Program-made: the position numbers and the translations under genes
Assembly (NCBI GenBank): GCA_001789205.1
Contig: MFYT01000007.1
Span: 3,848 to 67,847, forward strand
Origin: Candidatus Raymondbacteria bacterium RIFOXYA2_FULL_49_16
GTDB taxonomy: Bacteria > Fibrobacterota > OXYB2-FULL-49-7 > XYB2-FULL-49-35
DNA length: 64,000 nucleotides
Direction: 5' to 3'
Notes under the pieces: generated by a model
The model's input: the letters and a program-made list of their open reading frames with translations, nothing else
The model's database searches: none
Told to the model about the DNA's origin: nothing
Shown: positions 8,573 to 16,994 of the stretch, in pieces
Layout of the letters: every line of letters begins with the position of its first letter
Numbering within the stretch: position 1 is the first letter of the stretch

Positions 8573-9258
8573 AGATATTTCAGGCAATTGTTTGTACTGT
8601 GCTGTTCGCGTCCGTCGCGTCCTGGGCGCAGGAATCCCCGGCCTTCGAGGAAGAACGCTGCTTTGACCATTACCGGCAGGGTGAATACGAACGCGTTGTC
8701 GATTGTCTCAACAGCTTCCTGTATACCGCAACCACCACTGATACCGCGCGGCTCATTGCGGCGTATGAATATCTCGGTGTGTGCCTCATGATGGTCGATA
8801 AGAAGCTTCCTGCGCGCGCGGCATTTGACAAGCTCCTGGGCATGGACGCCGATTACGAACTGAACCCCAATAAATACCTTCCCGAGGTAATTTCGCTTTT
8901 CCAGATAGCAAAGTTCGAAAAAAAGACCTCCCTGCGCGTTATGATAGTCGATTCCATGCCCGCCTATTCCGCGGTTTTCAACCTCATTCCAGGCGGCGCG
9001 CCCCAATATATGAACGGCGAGAAGAAGAAGGCGTTCCTGCTTGGCGTAACAAGCATCGCCTCGCTTGCGCTCTCCATCTATGCCTATACCCGGGAATCAT
9101 CGTTTGAATCCGGCACGTACGGGTATAGGGAAGAGGACGTGGCAAAGGCGCGACGGTATCATGTCATGCACCAGATTTCAGTCACCGTTTTTCTTGGCGG
9201 GTATCTCTATGGCATCATTGACGGGTTTGTCAACAAGCGTATTGTGGTCAAGCAGTAA
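8569..9258 (+). CDS. hypothetical exported/membrane protein (signal peptide, TPR-like region, 2 TM helices)
   Basis: MKIFQAIVCTVLFASVASWAQ signal peptide. ATGA start/stop overlap with the kinase. No catalytic motif recognised. Confidence 0.6.
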   Translation: MKIFQAIVCTVLFASVASWAQESPAFEEERCFDHYRQGEYERVVDCLNSFLYTATTTDTARLIAAYEYLGVCLMMVDKKLPARAAFDKLLGMDADYELNPNKYLPEVISLFQIAKFEKKTSLRVMIVDSMPAYSAVFNLIPGGAPQYMNGEKKKAFLLGVTSIASLALSIYAYTRESSFESGTYGYREEDVAKARRYHVMHQISVTVFLGGYLYGIIDGFVNKRIVVKQ

Positions 9259-9267
9259 GGAGTTTGC

Positions 9268-11292
9268 GTGGCGCGTATCGTGGTGACTAAAGCCGGCAAG
9301 GAGCTTTTCAGGCATGAGATCAGGAAAAAACTGGTCTCCATAGGCCGCTCTCCCCAGTGCGATATCGTTCTTGCCGAGGCCGATGTCTCTTCGCTCCACG
9401 CCAATGTGCTTGGGCTCAGAGACGGCTACCAGCTGGTCGACCTCGACAGCACCAACGGCACACAGGTCAATGGCGCTCCGGTCACCGAACAGACGCTCAG
9501 GCATGCCATGGTTTTTTCCATAGGGCAATTCGCGCTCAGGTTCGAGGAGGCGCCTGCGGCCGCTGAAGGCGTCACGGCCTTGTTCCCTGGCGCGGACAGC
9601 CTGCGCGAAAGTAGCGATTTGCTCAAAACCATCCGCTATTCCCATCTCTCACATATCGCCCAGGCGAACAAAGGCGCGGGCATTGCCCTCGAACGGTCGC
9701 TTACCGATCTTGAGGCTGCCATTGCGTCGGCTGAACGGTCCAACGCCCAGCTTGCCATTCTTTTTGAACTTGCGGAAGCCATCAACTCCGCAAAGGGATA
9801 TACCGTCATACTCGAAATCATCCTTGAAAAAGCCCTTTTAGCAACAGGCATGGAGCGCGGCGCTGTGGTGCTCTACACTGCCGAAGCCGCGCTCGAACCA
9901 GTCGCTTCCGTGGGCATGGAGCAGGATGTGGCTGATAAAAATGCCTTTGTCATGAGCCATAGTATCATCAACAAGGCCATTGAGGCGGACCAGCCCCTGG
10001 TGGTGGCCGACACCCATGCAACTTCTGAATTCAACGCGGCCAGTAGCATTGTAACGCAGGGCATAAAAAGTTCTATCTGCCTGCCGCTGAAAAGCAGGAG
10101 CAGAAAAATGCTGGGCGGCCTGTATCTCGACAGCAGGTTTGCTTCCATGCATCCGGACAATACGCGTCCTGAATTTCTGCGCATCTTCAGCATTTTCACG
10201 GCCACGGCCATTGAGACGCGCCAGGCGGCCCAGCGTGAAAAAGAAATGGCGGAGGAGCTTGCCGCAGCGCGCGAACGGGAAAAATACAACCGCCGGCTCC
10301 AGGAACTGGAACAGGAAAACAAGCGGCTGGTGAAAAAGGCGGGCGCAAACCGCAGACACGATGTGCTGGGAGAAAGTCCCGCCATACGCAACCTTTTTGA
10401 CATGGTCGAAAAGGTCGCGCCCACGGACGTTCCCCTTCTGCTCACGGGCGAAACAGGCACGGGAAAAAGCCTCTTGGCAAAATTCATTCACGATTTTTCA
10501 GAGCGCAGGCAGGCCGAATGCGTGATCATCGACTGCGCCTCCATTCCTTCGGAACTGCTTGAGTCCGAGCTTTTCGGATACGAAAAGGGCGCCTTTACCG
10601 GCGCCGCTGCTCAGAAAAAGGGCAAAATAGAAACCGCGGACAATGGCACTCTTTTTCTCGACGAGATCGGCGACATGCCGCTTGCGCTCCAGGCCAAGAT
10701 GCTCCGTTTTCTCCAGGACCGCCAATTTGAGCGCGTGGGCGGTACCAAGACTATTTCCATCAACGTGCGCATCATTGCCGCTTCCAATAAAGATTTGAAA
10801 AACGCGGTTTCCCTCAAACTCTTCAGGGAAGATCTCTTTTACCGGCTCTGCGGGGTCACGCTCGATATGCCGCCGCTGCGCGAGCGGGGAGAAGACATCC
10901 TGATCATGGCGAGCTCCTTCCTGAACGAAGTGGCAACGCGGAACAGTCTTACCATCAAGGGGTTTACTCCCGAGGCGCGCAACCTGGTGCTTGCCTACGC
11001 ATGGCCCGGCAATGTCCGGGAGCTGCGGAATGTGGTCCAGCGGGCCGCCATTTTGTGCAAAGGTGAATTCATTGAGCCGGACGACCTTGGACTCGATAGC
11101 GCGGGCATAGACCGGAAAAAGGAACAGACGCTCAAAGAAGCGCGCGACGAAGTGGATAAAAAGGTTGTTCAACAGCAGCTTATTGAACAAAAAGGGAACC
11201 TTTCCAAAGTGGCCCGCATTCTCGATCTTGATCGGGGCACGTTACGCGAACTTATAAAAAAGCATAATCTGTCCCTGCAGGAGGAACCGTGA
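9268..11292 (+). CDS. sigma-54-dependent transcriptional activator with N-terminal FHA and central GAF domains
   Basis: FHA segment LVSIGRSPQCDIVLAEADVSSLHANV...DLDSTNGTQVNG. AAA+ segment LLLTGETGTGKSLLAKFIH, with the GAFTGA loop (YEKGAFTGA) and DEIGDMPLALQAKMLRFLQ. C-terminal HTH GNLSKVARILDLDRGTLRELIKKH. GTG start. Confidence 0.92.
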   Translation: MARIVVTKAGKELFRHEIRKKLVSIGRSPQCDIVLAEADVSSLHANVLGLRDGYQLVDLDSTNGTQVNGAPVTEQTLRHAMVFSIGQFALRFEEAPAAAEGVTALFPGADSLRESSDLLKTIRYSHLSHIAQANKGAGIALERSLTDLEAAIASAERSNAQLAILFELAEAINSAKGYTVILEIILEKALLATGMERGAVVLYTAEAALEPVASVGMEQDVADKNAFVMSHSIINKAIEADQPLVVADTHATSEFNAASSIVTQGIKSSICLPLKSRSRKMLGGLYLDSRFASMHPDNTRPEFLRIFSIFTATAIETRQAAQREKEMAEELAAAREREKYNRRLQELEQENKRLVKKAGANRRHDVLGESPAIRNLFDMVEKVAPTDVPLLLTGETGTGKSLLAKFIHDFSERRQAECVIIDCASIPSELLESELFGYEKGAFTGAAAQKKGKIETADNGTLFLDEIGDMPLALQAKMLRFLQDRQFERVGGTKTISINVRIIAASNKDLKNAVSLKLFREDLFYRLCGVTLDMPPLRERGEDILIMASSFLNEVATRNSLTIKGFTPEARNLVLAYAWPGNVRELRNVVQRAAILCKGEFIEPDDLGLDSAGIDRKKEQTLKEARDEVDKKVVQQQLIEQKGNLSKVARILDLDRGTLRELIKKHNLSLQEEP

Positions 11293-12620
11293 AGCGCTGG
11301 AAGAAACCCGGTATGGCCGCTGTTTTAGTCATTGCTCTTGCATTGGCCGCTGGGTGCGGGTATTTCGAATCAGCCATTACCCCCATTGAGGCTGGACAGA
11401 CCCAGCTTGAGGGCCGGGTGGTTGACGCTCTTTCGCGCCAGGGCGTTCCGGGCGCAATCATTACGCTGAGTGGCAAGAACGATACTACGGTAATCAGCGG
11501 AGAGGGAGGGACGTTTCGGTTCCCCTATGCGGCAACAGGGAAAAAATCGCTCCAGGTCAGCGCGCCAGGATACAATCCCTTTGCCCTTGAAACAGATCTT
11601 ACACTCGACCTTAATGATATAGATTCACTCTTTCTTGTCCGCACCAACAATCCCCCGCTTTTTATCAGCGCGCTCTATCCGTTGTCAAACGAGCAGGAGG
11701 TGCCGCTTACCCTGCAGTTCAGTTTTGCGGTTGCAGATTCTGATTTTGCCCGCGATTATACCTGTGAAGCGCTCTCTTTTTCCTTCTATTTTGGCGACTT
11801 TCAGCCGCCGGCGCTTGTATTTCAGGGCAGGGTCGACACGTTGGCCTCTCGTCTGTATGGCCGGCACCCAGGCTTTAATTCGTATATTATCAATGCTCCC
11901 GATACCGCGCTTGCGCTTACGGCCGGGCAAACCTATTTCTGGAAACTTGTGATCAGCGACACGCTGGGTGATTCAGTGGTCCATGGAATAGACTCCTTTG
12001 TTACCCGGTCGAGTTTTGATTCGACGTGTCCGCAAGAGATGGCGCTTGTAGAAATGGAGACGCTTTCATTCTGCATGGACAAATATGAATTCACAAATGC
12101 GGATTACGAGGAATTTGACACGCTCTATACCAGCGCTGACTACCGGTGGTATTCCCAACGCACTGACGGTCCGGTGATCTTCAAGAGCTGGCAAGATGCA
12201 CGCCAAGCATGCCAATCGCTGGGGAAAAGGCTTTGTACCATGAGCGAGTGGGAGGCCGCAAGCAGTGGATACCAGCGGTGGAACTATCCCTATGGGCCAG
12301 TGTACGACTCTTCAAAATGCAATACAGAGCTTCTCGATACCACTCAGAACCCTTTTAATGGATCTGCCCAGGCCGTGGGTGACAAGCCTGACTGTGTTTC
12401 GTGGGCAGGTATCTACGATTTATCAGGGAATGTTGAAGAATGGATTATGCTAAGTAAGAATATGCCGTTTCAATTTGACCAGAATACCGGACTGCAGGTT
12501 TATTCTTATATTGGCGGTTTTTGGGGTAGTAGCGAACGGGCGACATCGTTCAGCGTAAAAACAACCAGTTATAACTACAATGATTTCATAGGGTTCAGAT
12601 GTTGTAAAGATATTGAATGA
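11289..12620 (+). CDS. lipoprotein with carboxypeptidase-regulatory-like domain and C-terminal FGE/SUMF1 (sulfatase-modifying-factor fold) domain
   Basis: Lipobox LALAAGC. LEGRVVDALSRQGVPGAIITLSG. DCVSWAGIYDLSGNVEEWI, GGFWGSS and a terminal IGFRCCK. GTG start overlapping the activator stop by 4 nt. Confidence 0.75.
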   Translation: MKRWKKPGMAAVLVIALALAAGCGYFESAITPIEAGQTQLEGRVVDALSRQGVPGAIITLSGKNDTTVISGEGGTFRFPYAATGKKSLQVSAPGYNPFALETDLTLDLNDIDSLFLVRTNNPPLFISALYPLSNEQEVPLTLQFSFAVADSDFARDYTCEALSFSFYFGDFQPPALVFQGRVDTLASRLYGRHPGFNSYIINAPDTALALTAGQTYFWKLVISDTLGDSVVHGIDSFVTRSSFDSTCPQEMALVEMETLSFCMDKYEFTNADYEEFDTLYTSADYRWYSQRTDGPVIFKSWQDARQACQSLGKRLCTMSEWEAASSGYQRWNYPYGPVYDSSKCNTELLDTTQNPFNGSAQAVGDKPDCVSWAGIYDLSGNVEEWIMLSKNMPFQFDQNTGLQVYSYIGGFWGSSERATSFSVKTTSYNYNDFIGFRCCKDIE

Positions 12621-12625
12621 TAAAT

Positions 12626-12646
12626 GATGGTGAAAATTTCACCATC
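12626..12646. promoter_or_regulatory. perfect palindrome GATGGTGAAA-A-TTTCACCATC; candidate enhancer (UAS) half of a pair, or terminator hairpin of the upstream operon
   Basis: 10+10 nt perfect dyad beginning 6 nt after the stop at 12620. Its centre is ~115 bp upstream of the -24 GG at 12750. Confidence 0.45.
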
Positions 12647-12655
12647 TGTCCTTAT

Positions 12656-12677
12656 TTGATGGTGGAAAAACCATCAA
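12656..12677. promoter_or_regulatory. inverted repeat TTGATGGT-N6-ACCATCAA; candidate enhancer (UAS) site
   Basis: Perfect 8+8 dyad sharing the GATGGT/ACCATC half-site with 12626-12646. Its centre is ~84 bp upstream of the -24 GG. Confidence 0.45.
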
Positions 12678-12748
12678 GAAATCATGAAACGCTTTGTGAT
12701 ATAAGTTATAAGCCAATAAAAAACAGCATCTTATATTAATTAATGTTT

Positions 12749-12764
12749 TGGCATGGAAAATGCT
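12749..12764 (+). promoter_or_regulatory. candidate sigma-54 (-24/-12) promoter
   Basis: TGGCATGGAAAATGCT compared with TGGCAC-N5-TTGCW. GG (12750-51) and GC (12762-63) are in the canonical register. Confidence 0.55.
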
Positions 12765-12788
12765 CTATTAATCTTTGAGAAGATAATT

Positions 12789-14177
12789 ATGAACTGGAAA
12801 GCAAAATTAATAATTTCGCTCGTTGAAGCAGCAGGTTTCTGTCTGCCGCTTTTTGCGGGCGGAAACTATAGTCCAACCCCAAGGGAGTTGGAAGCTTTCA
12901 GGAACCTCTATACTGGTGTCACGCAATGGCCTGTGTGGAAAATCAGCAACAGCCGGATTGCATTGGATGGCAAGCTGGACGAGGTTGAATGGCAGCATGC
13001 ACAGAAGATATATCTCACTGGTGAGAAAATGTGGAACGACAAATTTTACTCGCACCCCTTTCTCTGGACTGGCCTCAAAGATTTTATCGCTGTCTGGCGT
13101 TTCCTGTACGATGCCCAGTATTTATACATTTCGTGCGAATTTTTCGATAATTTCCACAGCGAAGGCGATAAAAGCAGCGATGGCGCGCTTGCCACCGAAC
13201 CCTGGTGGTTCAACGATGCAGTGGAAATCGCCCTGCTTCCCTCGATTCCCGCACAAATGGGAAGTACTCCGCTTGCGATAAACTGGGCCCAGCATATGGT
13301 GCAGTTCACCAGGAAATTCACTGGTGAAATCGGTCTTGTGGGCAATATTTGGGGTGCCAGGGTCCCGGCTGAGCCATACGATACTGAAGGCAATTGGCTC
13401 ACGGTCCCCGAGGGCAGTGATATCATCGCGGGCATTGAAACCCGGGCCCTGCCGCATCCCGATATCGTGCGTCTTTTCGCATATCCCGGGGCTTGGTGCA
13501 TGGAAATACGCATTCCCTTTGCCGGCATATTTCCCGAAAAAGGCAATGGGTTCATACCGCCTACGGGAAGTGTCTTTAAAATGAATCCTTCCATTTGCGA
13601 TGATGACAATCTGCTGCGAGCGCCCGATGACAATACTTCTCACCGGATCGACATGGACCGGTTTAAAGTCGATTCCCTTGCCTGGTGGGGAGCAATAAAT
13701 GCCAGCGATACCGCCCTGTTCAATAGCTGGAGAAATCCCGCCTTTTTTCCCACATTTGCCTTTGCTGGTCTGCGCAATGGTACATCTGTTTGGGAAAAAA
13801 TGCCCGATGAATTAAACCTCTATTGCGGCGCCACCCCGGCCAAATATGAGGAAATTATTTTGACCGCTACTTCCGTTGAAGCCGGAAATGGCGCGTTTCC
13901 CGCCGCACCAGCGCTGCATGTGTCTCCCAATCCTTTTGCTTCCAGTGCGGCAATCACCTTCTCCGTGCCAAAACGCAGCGTAGTCAGTCTCAAGGTATTT
14001 GATCTGTCAGGCGCTTTGGTAGGCGATCTTGGCAACGCGACCTATGCGGCGGGTACGCATACTGTCCTGTGGAACGGTAAAACAATACACAACCTTCAGG
14101 CCGCTCCTGCGGTGTATCTGGTCCGTCTGAACACAGGCTTCCAGATACTTATAAAAAGAATAACAATAGCCCGGTAG
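12789..14177 (+). CDS. secreted CBM9/DOMON-like carbohydrate-binding protein with T9SS-type C-terminal sorting domain
   Basis: IALDGKLDEVEWQHAQKI...AVWRFLYDAQYLYISCEFFD is CBM9-like. Tail is VSPNPFASSAAITFSVP...VYLVRLNTGFQILIKRITIAR. Start set at ATG 12789 (MNWKAKLIISLVEAAGFCLPLFAG, signal-like), because the first ATG (12753) lies inside the -24 promoter element. Confidence 0.7.
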   Translation: MNWKAKLIISLVEAAGFCLPLFAGGNYSPTPRELEAFRNLYTGVTQWPVWKISNSRIALDGKLDEVEWQHAQKIYLTGEKMWNDKFYSHPFLWTGLKDFIAVWRFLYDAQYLYISCEFFDNFHSEGDKSSDGALATEPWWFNDAVEIALLPSIPAQMGSTPLAINWAQHMVQFTRKFTGEIGLVGNIWGARVPAEPYDTEGNWLTVPEGSDIIAGIETRALPHPDIVRLFAYPGAWCMEIRIPFAGIFPEKGNGFIPPTGSVFKMNPSICDDDNLLRAPDDNTSHRIDMDRFKVDSLAWWGAINASDTALFNSWRNPAFFPTFAFAGLRNGTSVWEKMPDELNLYCGATPAKYEEIILTATSVEAGNGAFPAAPALHVSPNPFASSAAITFSVPKRSVVSLKVFDLSGALVGDLGNATYAAGTHTVLWNGKTIHNLQAAPAVYLVRLNTGFQILIKRITIAR

Positions 14178-14212
14178 ACAATTTTTAGCTTCACTCTCTT
14201 TTCACAGAAGCG

Positions 14213-14245
14213 CTGATGGCCCTGCTTAGTGCGCAGGGTCGTCAG
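14213..14245 (+). terminator. 13-bp hairpin downstream of the CBM9-like gene (no U-tract)
   Basis: CTGATGGCCCTGC-TTAGTGC-GCAGGGTCGTCAG with two G.U pairs. The terminator function is uncertain. Confidence 0.3.
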
Positions 14246-14338
14246 TGCATTATACCTGCAGAAATGGTTTTTAACACCGCGTAGTGTAATTTCTGATCCA
14301 AAGGAGCAAGTTCATTATATTATATTCAATAGGATATA

Positions 14339-15535
14339 ATGGTACGCAAAATCCTCTATCTTATCGGCCCCGGCTGCATTACAGCCTCGCTGGTCATTGG
14401 TCCAGGATCAGTTACTGTTGCTACAAAGGTCGGGTCGCTTTTTGGCTTTGATCTTGTCTGGTGGCTGGCGGTGCTTTGGCTTTTCATGGTCACCTTTACG
14501 CTTATGAGCGCGCGGATCGGTCTGTTTGCCGGATCCAGCTTTATGACGCTGGCTGCGCGCAAACTCGGCAGGCCCTTTACCATTGTACTCGGTATTTCCG
14601 TATTTCTCATCTGCTGCTCTTTCCAGGCCGGCGATGTCATTGGCGTAAGTTCGTCCCTTGCCGCGATCACCAATGCGCCCGAGACCTTTTTCAAGGTGGC
14701 TTTTCCCTTGCTCTGTCTTACACTCTATTTTTTCTCGCCCAATATCTATACGTATATCGAACGGCTCATGCTTGCCATGGTCGTCATCATGCTGGGGTCG
14801 TTTCTCACTAATCTTATCATGGCGCGGCCATCACTGACCCTGCTTGCCGCTGGTTTTGTGCCGAAAATGCCCCATGCCGGACAAATGAGACTCTTTACGG
14901 CCATGGCTGCCACGAACTTTGTCGTTGCCGCGGCGCTTTATCAATCCTACTTGGTCCGTGAAAAAGGATGGAGCAGTGAGGATTATTCCCGTGTCCGCGC
15001 TGATACCATCATTGGTATTTCAGTCCTCTTTCTTCTGGTTGGCGTTATTACCGTCACCTCTGCAACAGTGCTCAAGCCGCGCGGCATCAATGTCCAAACA
15101 GCGGCTGATATGGCGTTACAACTCGAACCCCTCCTTGGCGCGTTCAGCAAATACCTCTTCTGTTGCGGTCTTTTCGCAGCCTCATTCTCGTCCCTTGCGG
15201 TGAACGCGCTCACCGGCGCGACCCTGCTTTCCGACAGTCTGGGAAGGGGAGGGGACATGAAGTCAGGAAGCGTTAAAATCCTTGCTTCATGTATCATGCT
15301 ATTCGGGCTTGGCGTGTCGCTTTGCATGGGAGGCGCGCCGGTCAAATCAATCATTCTGCTCCAGCGTCTTACTCTACTCACGGTGCCGCTTCTGGCTTTT
15401 GCGCTGGTGTACCTTGCAAACACGCGCGAGATTACCGCGCACCGGAAGGCCGGAATAGCCATGAATTGCATCGCGGGCTTGGCGTGCTGCCTTGTCGTGC
15501 ACCTTTTTATGAATCTTGTCAAGTCGTTTTTTTAA
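14339..15535 (+). CDS. NRAMP-family-like membrane transporter with non-canonical binding-site motifs
   Basis: 11-12 TM helices. The N-terminus GPGCITASLVIGPGSVTVATKVG aligns to MntH [23 protein letters not shown], with GPGS in place of DPGN. No MPH motif is seen in the TM6-equivalent segment (AMAATNFVVAAALYQS). Confidence 0.7.
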   Translation: MVRKILYLIGPGCITASLVIGPGSVTVATKVGSLFGFDLVWWLAVLWLFMVTFTLMSARIGLFAGSSFMTLAARKLGRPFTIVLGISVFLICCSFQAGDVIGVSSSLAAITNAPETFFKVAFPLLCLTLYFFSPNIYTYIERLMLAMVVIMLGSFLTNLIMARPSLTLLAAGFVPKMPHAGQMRLFTAMAATNFVVAAALYQSYLVREKGWSSEDYSRVRADTIIGISVLFLLVGVITVTSATVLKPRGINVQTAADMALQLEPLLGAFSKYLFCCGLFAASFSSLAVNALTGATLLSDSLGRGGDMKSGSVKILASCIMLFGLGVSLCMGGAPVKSIILLQRLTLLTVPLLAFALVYLANTREITAHRKAGIAMNCIAGLACCLVVHLFMNLVKSFF

Positions 15536-15551
15536 ACAAGGAGTTGTGTAT

Positions 15552-16331
15552 ATGGGAAAAAAACCGTGGAAATTGGCAGACATAACCCAAAAGGACGTGC
15601 TTGGGCTTGGTTCGCCGGCATATGAAGTGGCAATCATTCCCTTTGGCTCAACAGAACCGCATAATTTCCATCTACCCTATGGGTCTGATCATTATGAGGC
15701 TTCGCACATCGCTGACGCACTCTGCGCCCGGGCATGGCAAAAGGGCGCGCGCGTGGTGCAGCTTCCCACAGTGCCCTATGGCGTGGACTGGAACATGATC
15801 GAATTTCCCATGGCCATACACATGAGCCCCAGCACCCATCTGGCCATTTTGCGCGATATCTTAAAATCGCTCAAGGCGCACAACATCATGAAGGTGATTG
15901 TGCTTAATTCCCACGGCGGCAATGAATTCAAAGGACATCTACGCGAACTGCATGCTGAAACGGATCAATTCCTTTGTCTCGTGGATTGGTGGAAGTGCTG
16001 CCAGGACAAGGCGGAGAAGATTTTTTCCACGCAGGGCGAGCATGCCGGACAGATGGAGACCAGCGTATGTCTGCACTTTTTCCCTGAACTGGTGAACATG
16101 AAGCACGCGACCAAAGGCAAGACCAGAAAGTCGCGTTTCAAGGAAATTGAGAATGGCAGCGTCTGGATGTCGCGCCCCTGGCATCTGCTCACCGAGAATT
16201 CGGGCCATGGCGACCCCATGGACTCCAGCGCTGAAAAGGGAAAGCGATATATGGAGGCGATTACCGAGGAGCTAGGGCAGTTTATCGCGGAGCTCTCGGC
16301 AGCGAAGATGGATAAGAAGTTTCCCTATTAA
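15552..16331 (+). CDS. creatininase-family amidohydrolase
   Basis: FGSTEPHNFHLPYGSD, NSHGGN and GEHAGQMETS. Start moved to ATG 15552, which is preceded by AAGGAG. Confidence 0.8.
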   Translation: MGKKPWKLADITQKDVLGLGSPAYEVAIIPFGSTEPHNFHLPYGSDHYEASHIADALCARAWQKGARVVQLPTVPYGVDWNMIEFPMAIHMSPSTHLAILRDILKSLKAHNIMKVIVLNSHGGNEFKGHLRELHAETDQFLCLVDWWKCCQDKAEKIFSTQGEHAGQMETSVCLHFFPELVNMKHATKGKTRKSRFKEIENGSVWMSRPWHLLTENSGHGDPMDSSAEKGKRYMEAITEELGQFIAELSAAKMDKKFPY

Positions 16332-16392
16332 AAGACACGGTCTTTTATAACCTCTTTATCGAATGAGTATAGCTTGTATTTTTCTTATATAA

Positions 16393-16938
16393 TTATTTCA
16401 AAATCTTGATGATTTCCCGGAAGGCCGCGTGTTCGGCTGTTTTTAAAAGTTCAAACACGGCCATTTCAGTGCTGGAGATAATGGCGCCTTCTGCCTTCAT
16501 TCTATCCAGGGCAATCTGTTTGTTCTGGGGCAGTCGTGATGATACGGCATCTGCCAGCACATGCACCTCATACTTCTGACGCAGCAAATCGGAAACTGTC
16601 TGGTATACGCATACATGGGCCTCAATGCCCGCGACCAGGACTTGTTTGCGGTGATATGACCTTAAAACCCCAATAAAGGCTTCGCATCCATAACAACTGA
16701 AACTCATTTTAGGGATAGGGTCTGCTGTTGGCAGCAATTGAGCTATTTCAGGGATTGTCTGGCCCAGGCCTGTGGGATTTTGCTCTGCCAGAAGCACAGG
16801 GACTTTCAGGATAGCAGCGCACTTCACCAGGCGTTGTATGTTGGCGTGCATGGTCTCCTTATCATGTACCAGATGGGCCAGCTTGCCCTGTACATCGATA
16901 ATTACCAGCGCGGAATTGTTTGGTTCCAATCCAGGCAT
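16393..16938 (-). CDS. isochorismatase-family cysteine hydrolase
   Basis: ALVIIDVQGKL and VAGIEAHVCVYQTVSDLL (nucleophile Cys). 181 aa. Confidence 0.85.
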   Translation of the reverse strand: MPGLEPNNSALVIIDVQGKLAHLVHDKETMHANIQRLVKCAAILKVPVLLAEQNPTGLGQTIPEIAQLLPTADPIPKMSFSCYGCEAFIGVLRSYHRKQVLVAGIEAHVCVYQTVSDLLRQKYEVHVLADAVSSRLPQNKQIALDRMKAEGAIISSTEMAVFELLKTAEHAAFREIIKILK

Positions 16939-16994
16939 ATGTTTTCCTCGTTGCCGCTAAAGGCGGTCCTCATGACAAATGTGGGCCTGTTCAA

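Noticed and set aside
7775-8587. 270-aa minus-strand ORF
   Set aside because: It is antisense to the Ser/Thr kinase C-terminal half and is Gly/Arg-rich. This is a shadow ORF.
9838-11190. Minus-strand ORFs of 204-230 aa (9838-10491, 9873-10487, 10498-11190)
   Set aside because: They are antisense to the well-supported sigma-54 activator gene and carry no motifs.
12625-12742. Tiny ORFs starting within each palindrome (MMVKISPSVLI*, MVEKPSRNHETLCDISYKPIKNSILY*)
   Set aside because: Their ATG-GTG starts are a by-product of the repeated GATGGTG half-site. They have no SD and no conservation evidence.
12753-12788. First ATG (12753) as start of the CBM9-like gene
   Set aside because: The ATG sits inside the -24 element of the candidate sigma-54 promoter. 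The 12 extra residues precede a good signal peptide that starts at ATG 12789. I kept it only as an alternative start.
13046-13643. Two overlapping minus-strand ORFs (195 and 173 aa)
   Set aside because: They are antisense to the CBM9-like gene, which has a clear domain plus sorting tail on the plus strand.
14178-14338. Possible Mn2+ (yybP-ykoY) riboswitch or Fur/MntR box upstream of the NRAMP-like gene
   Set aside because: I could not find the conserved riboswitch cores. There are only generic hairpins (14213-14245; CAGAAAT...ATTTCTG at ~14258-14294) and an AT-rich tract with no clear dyad matching known metalloregulator boxes.
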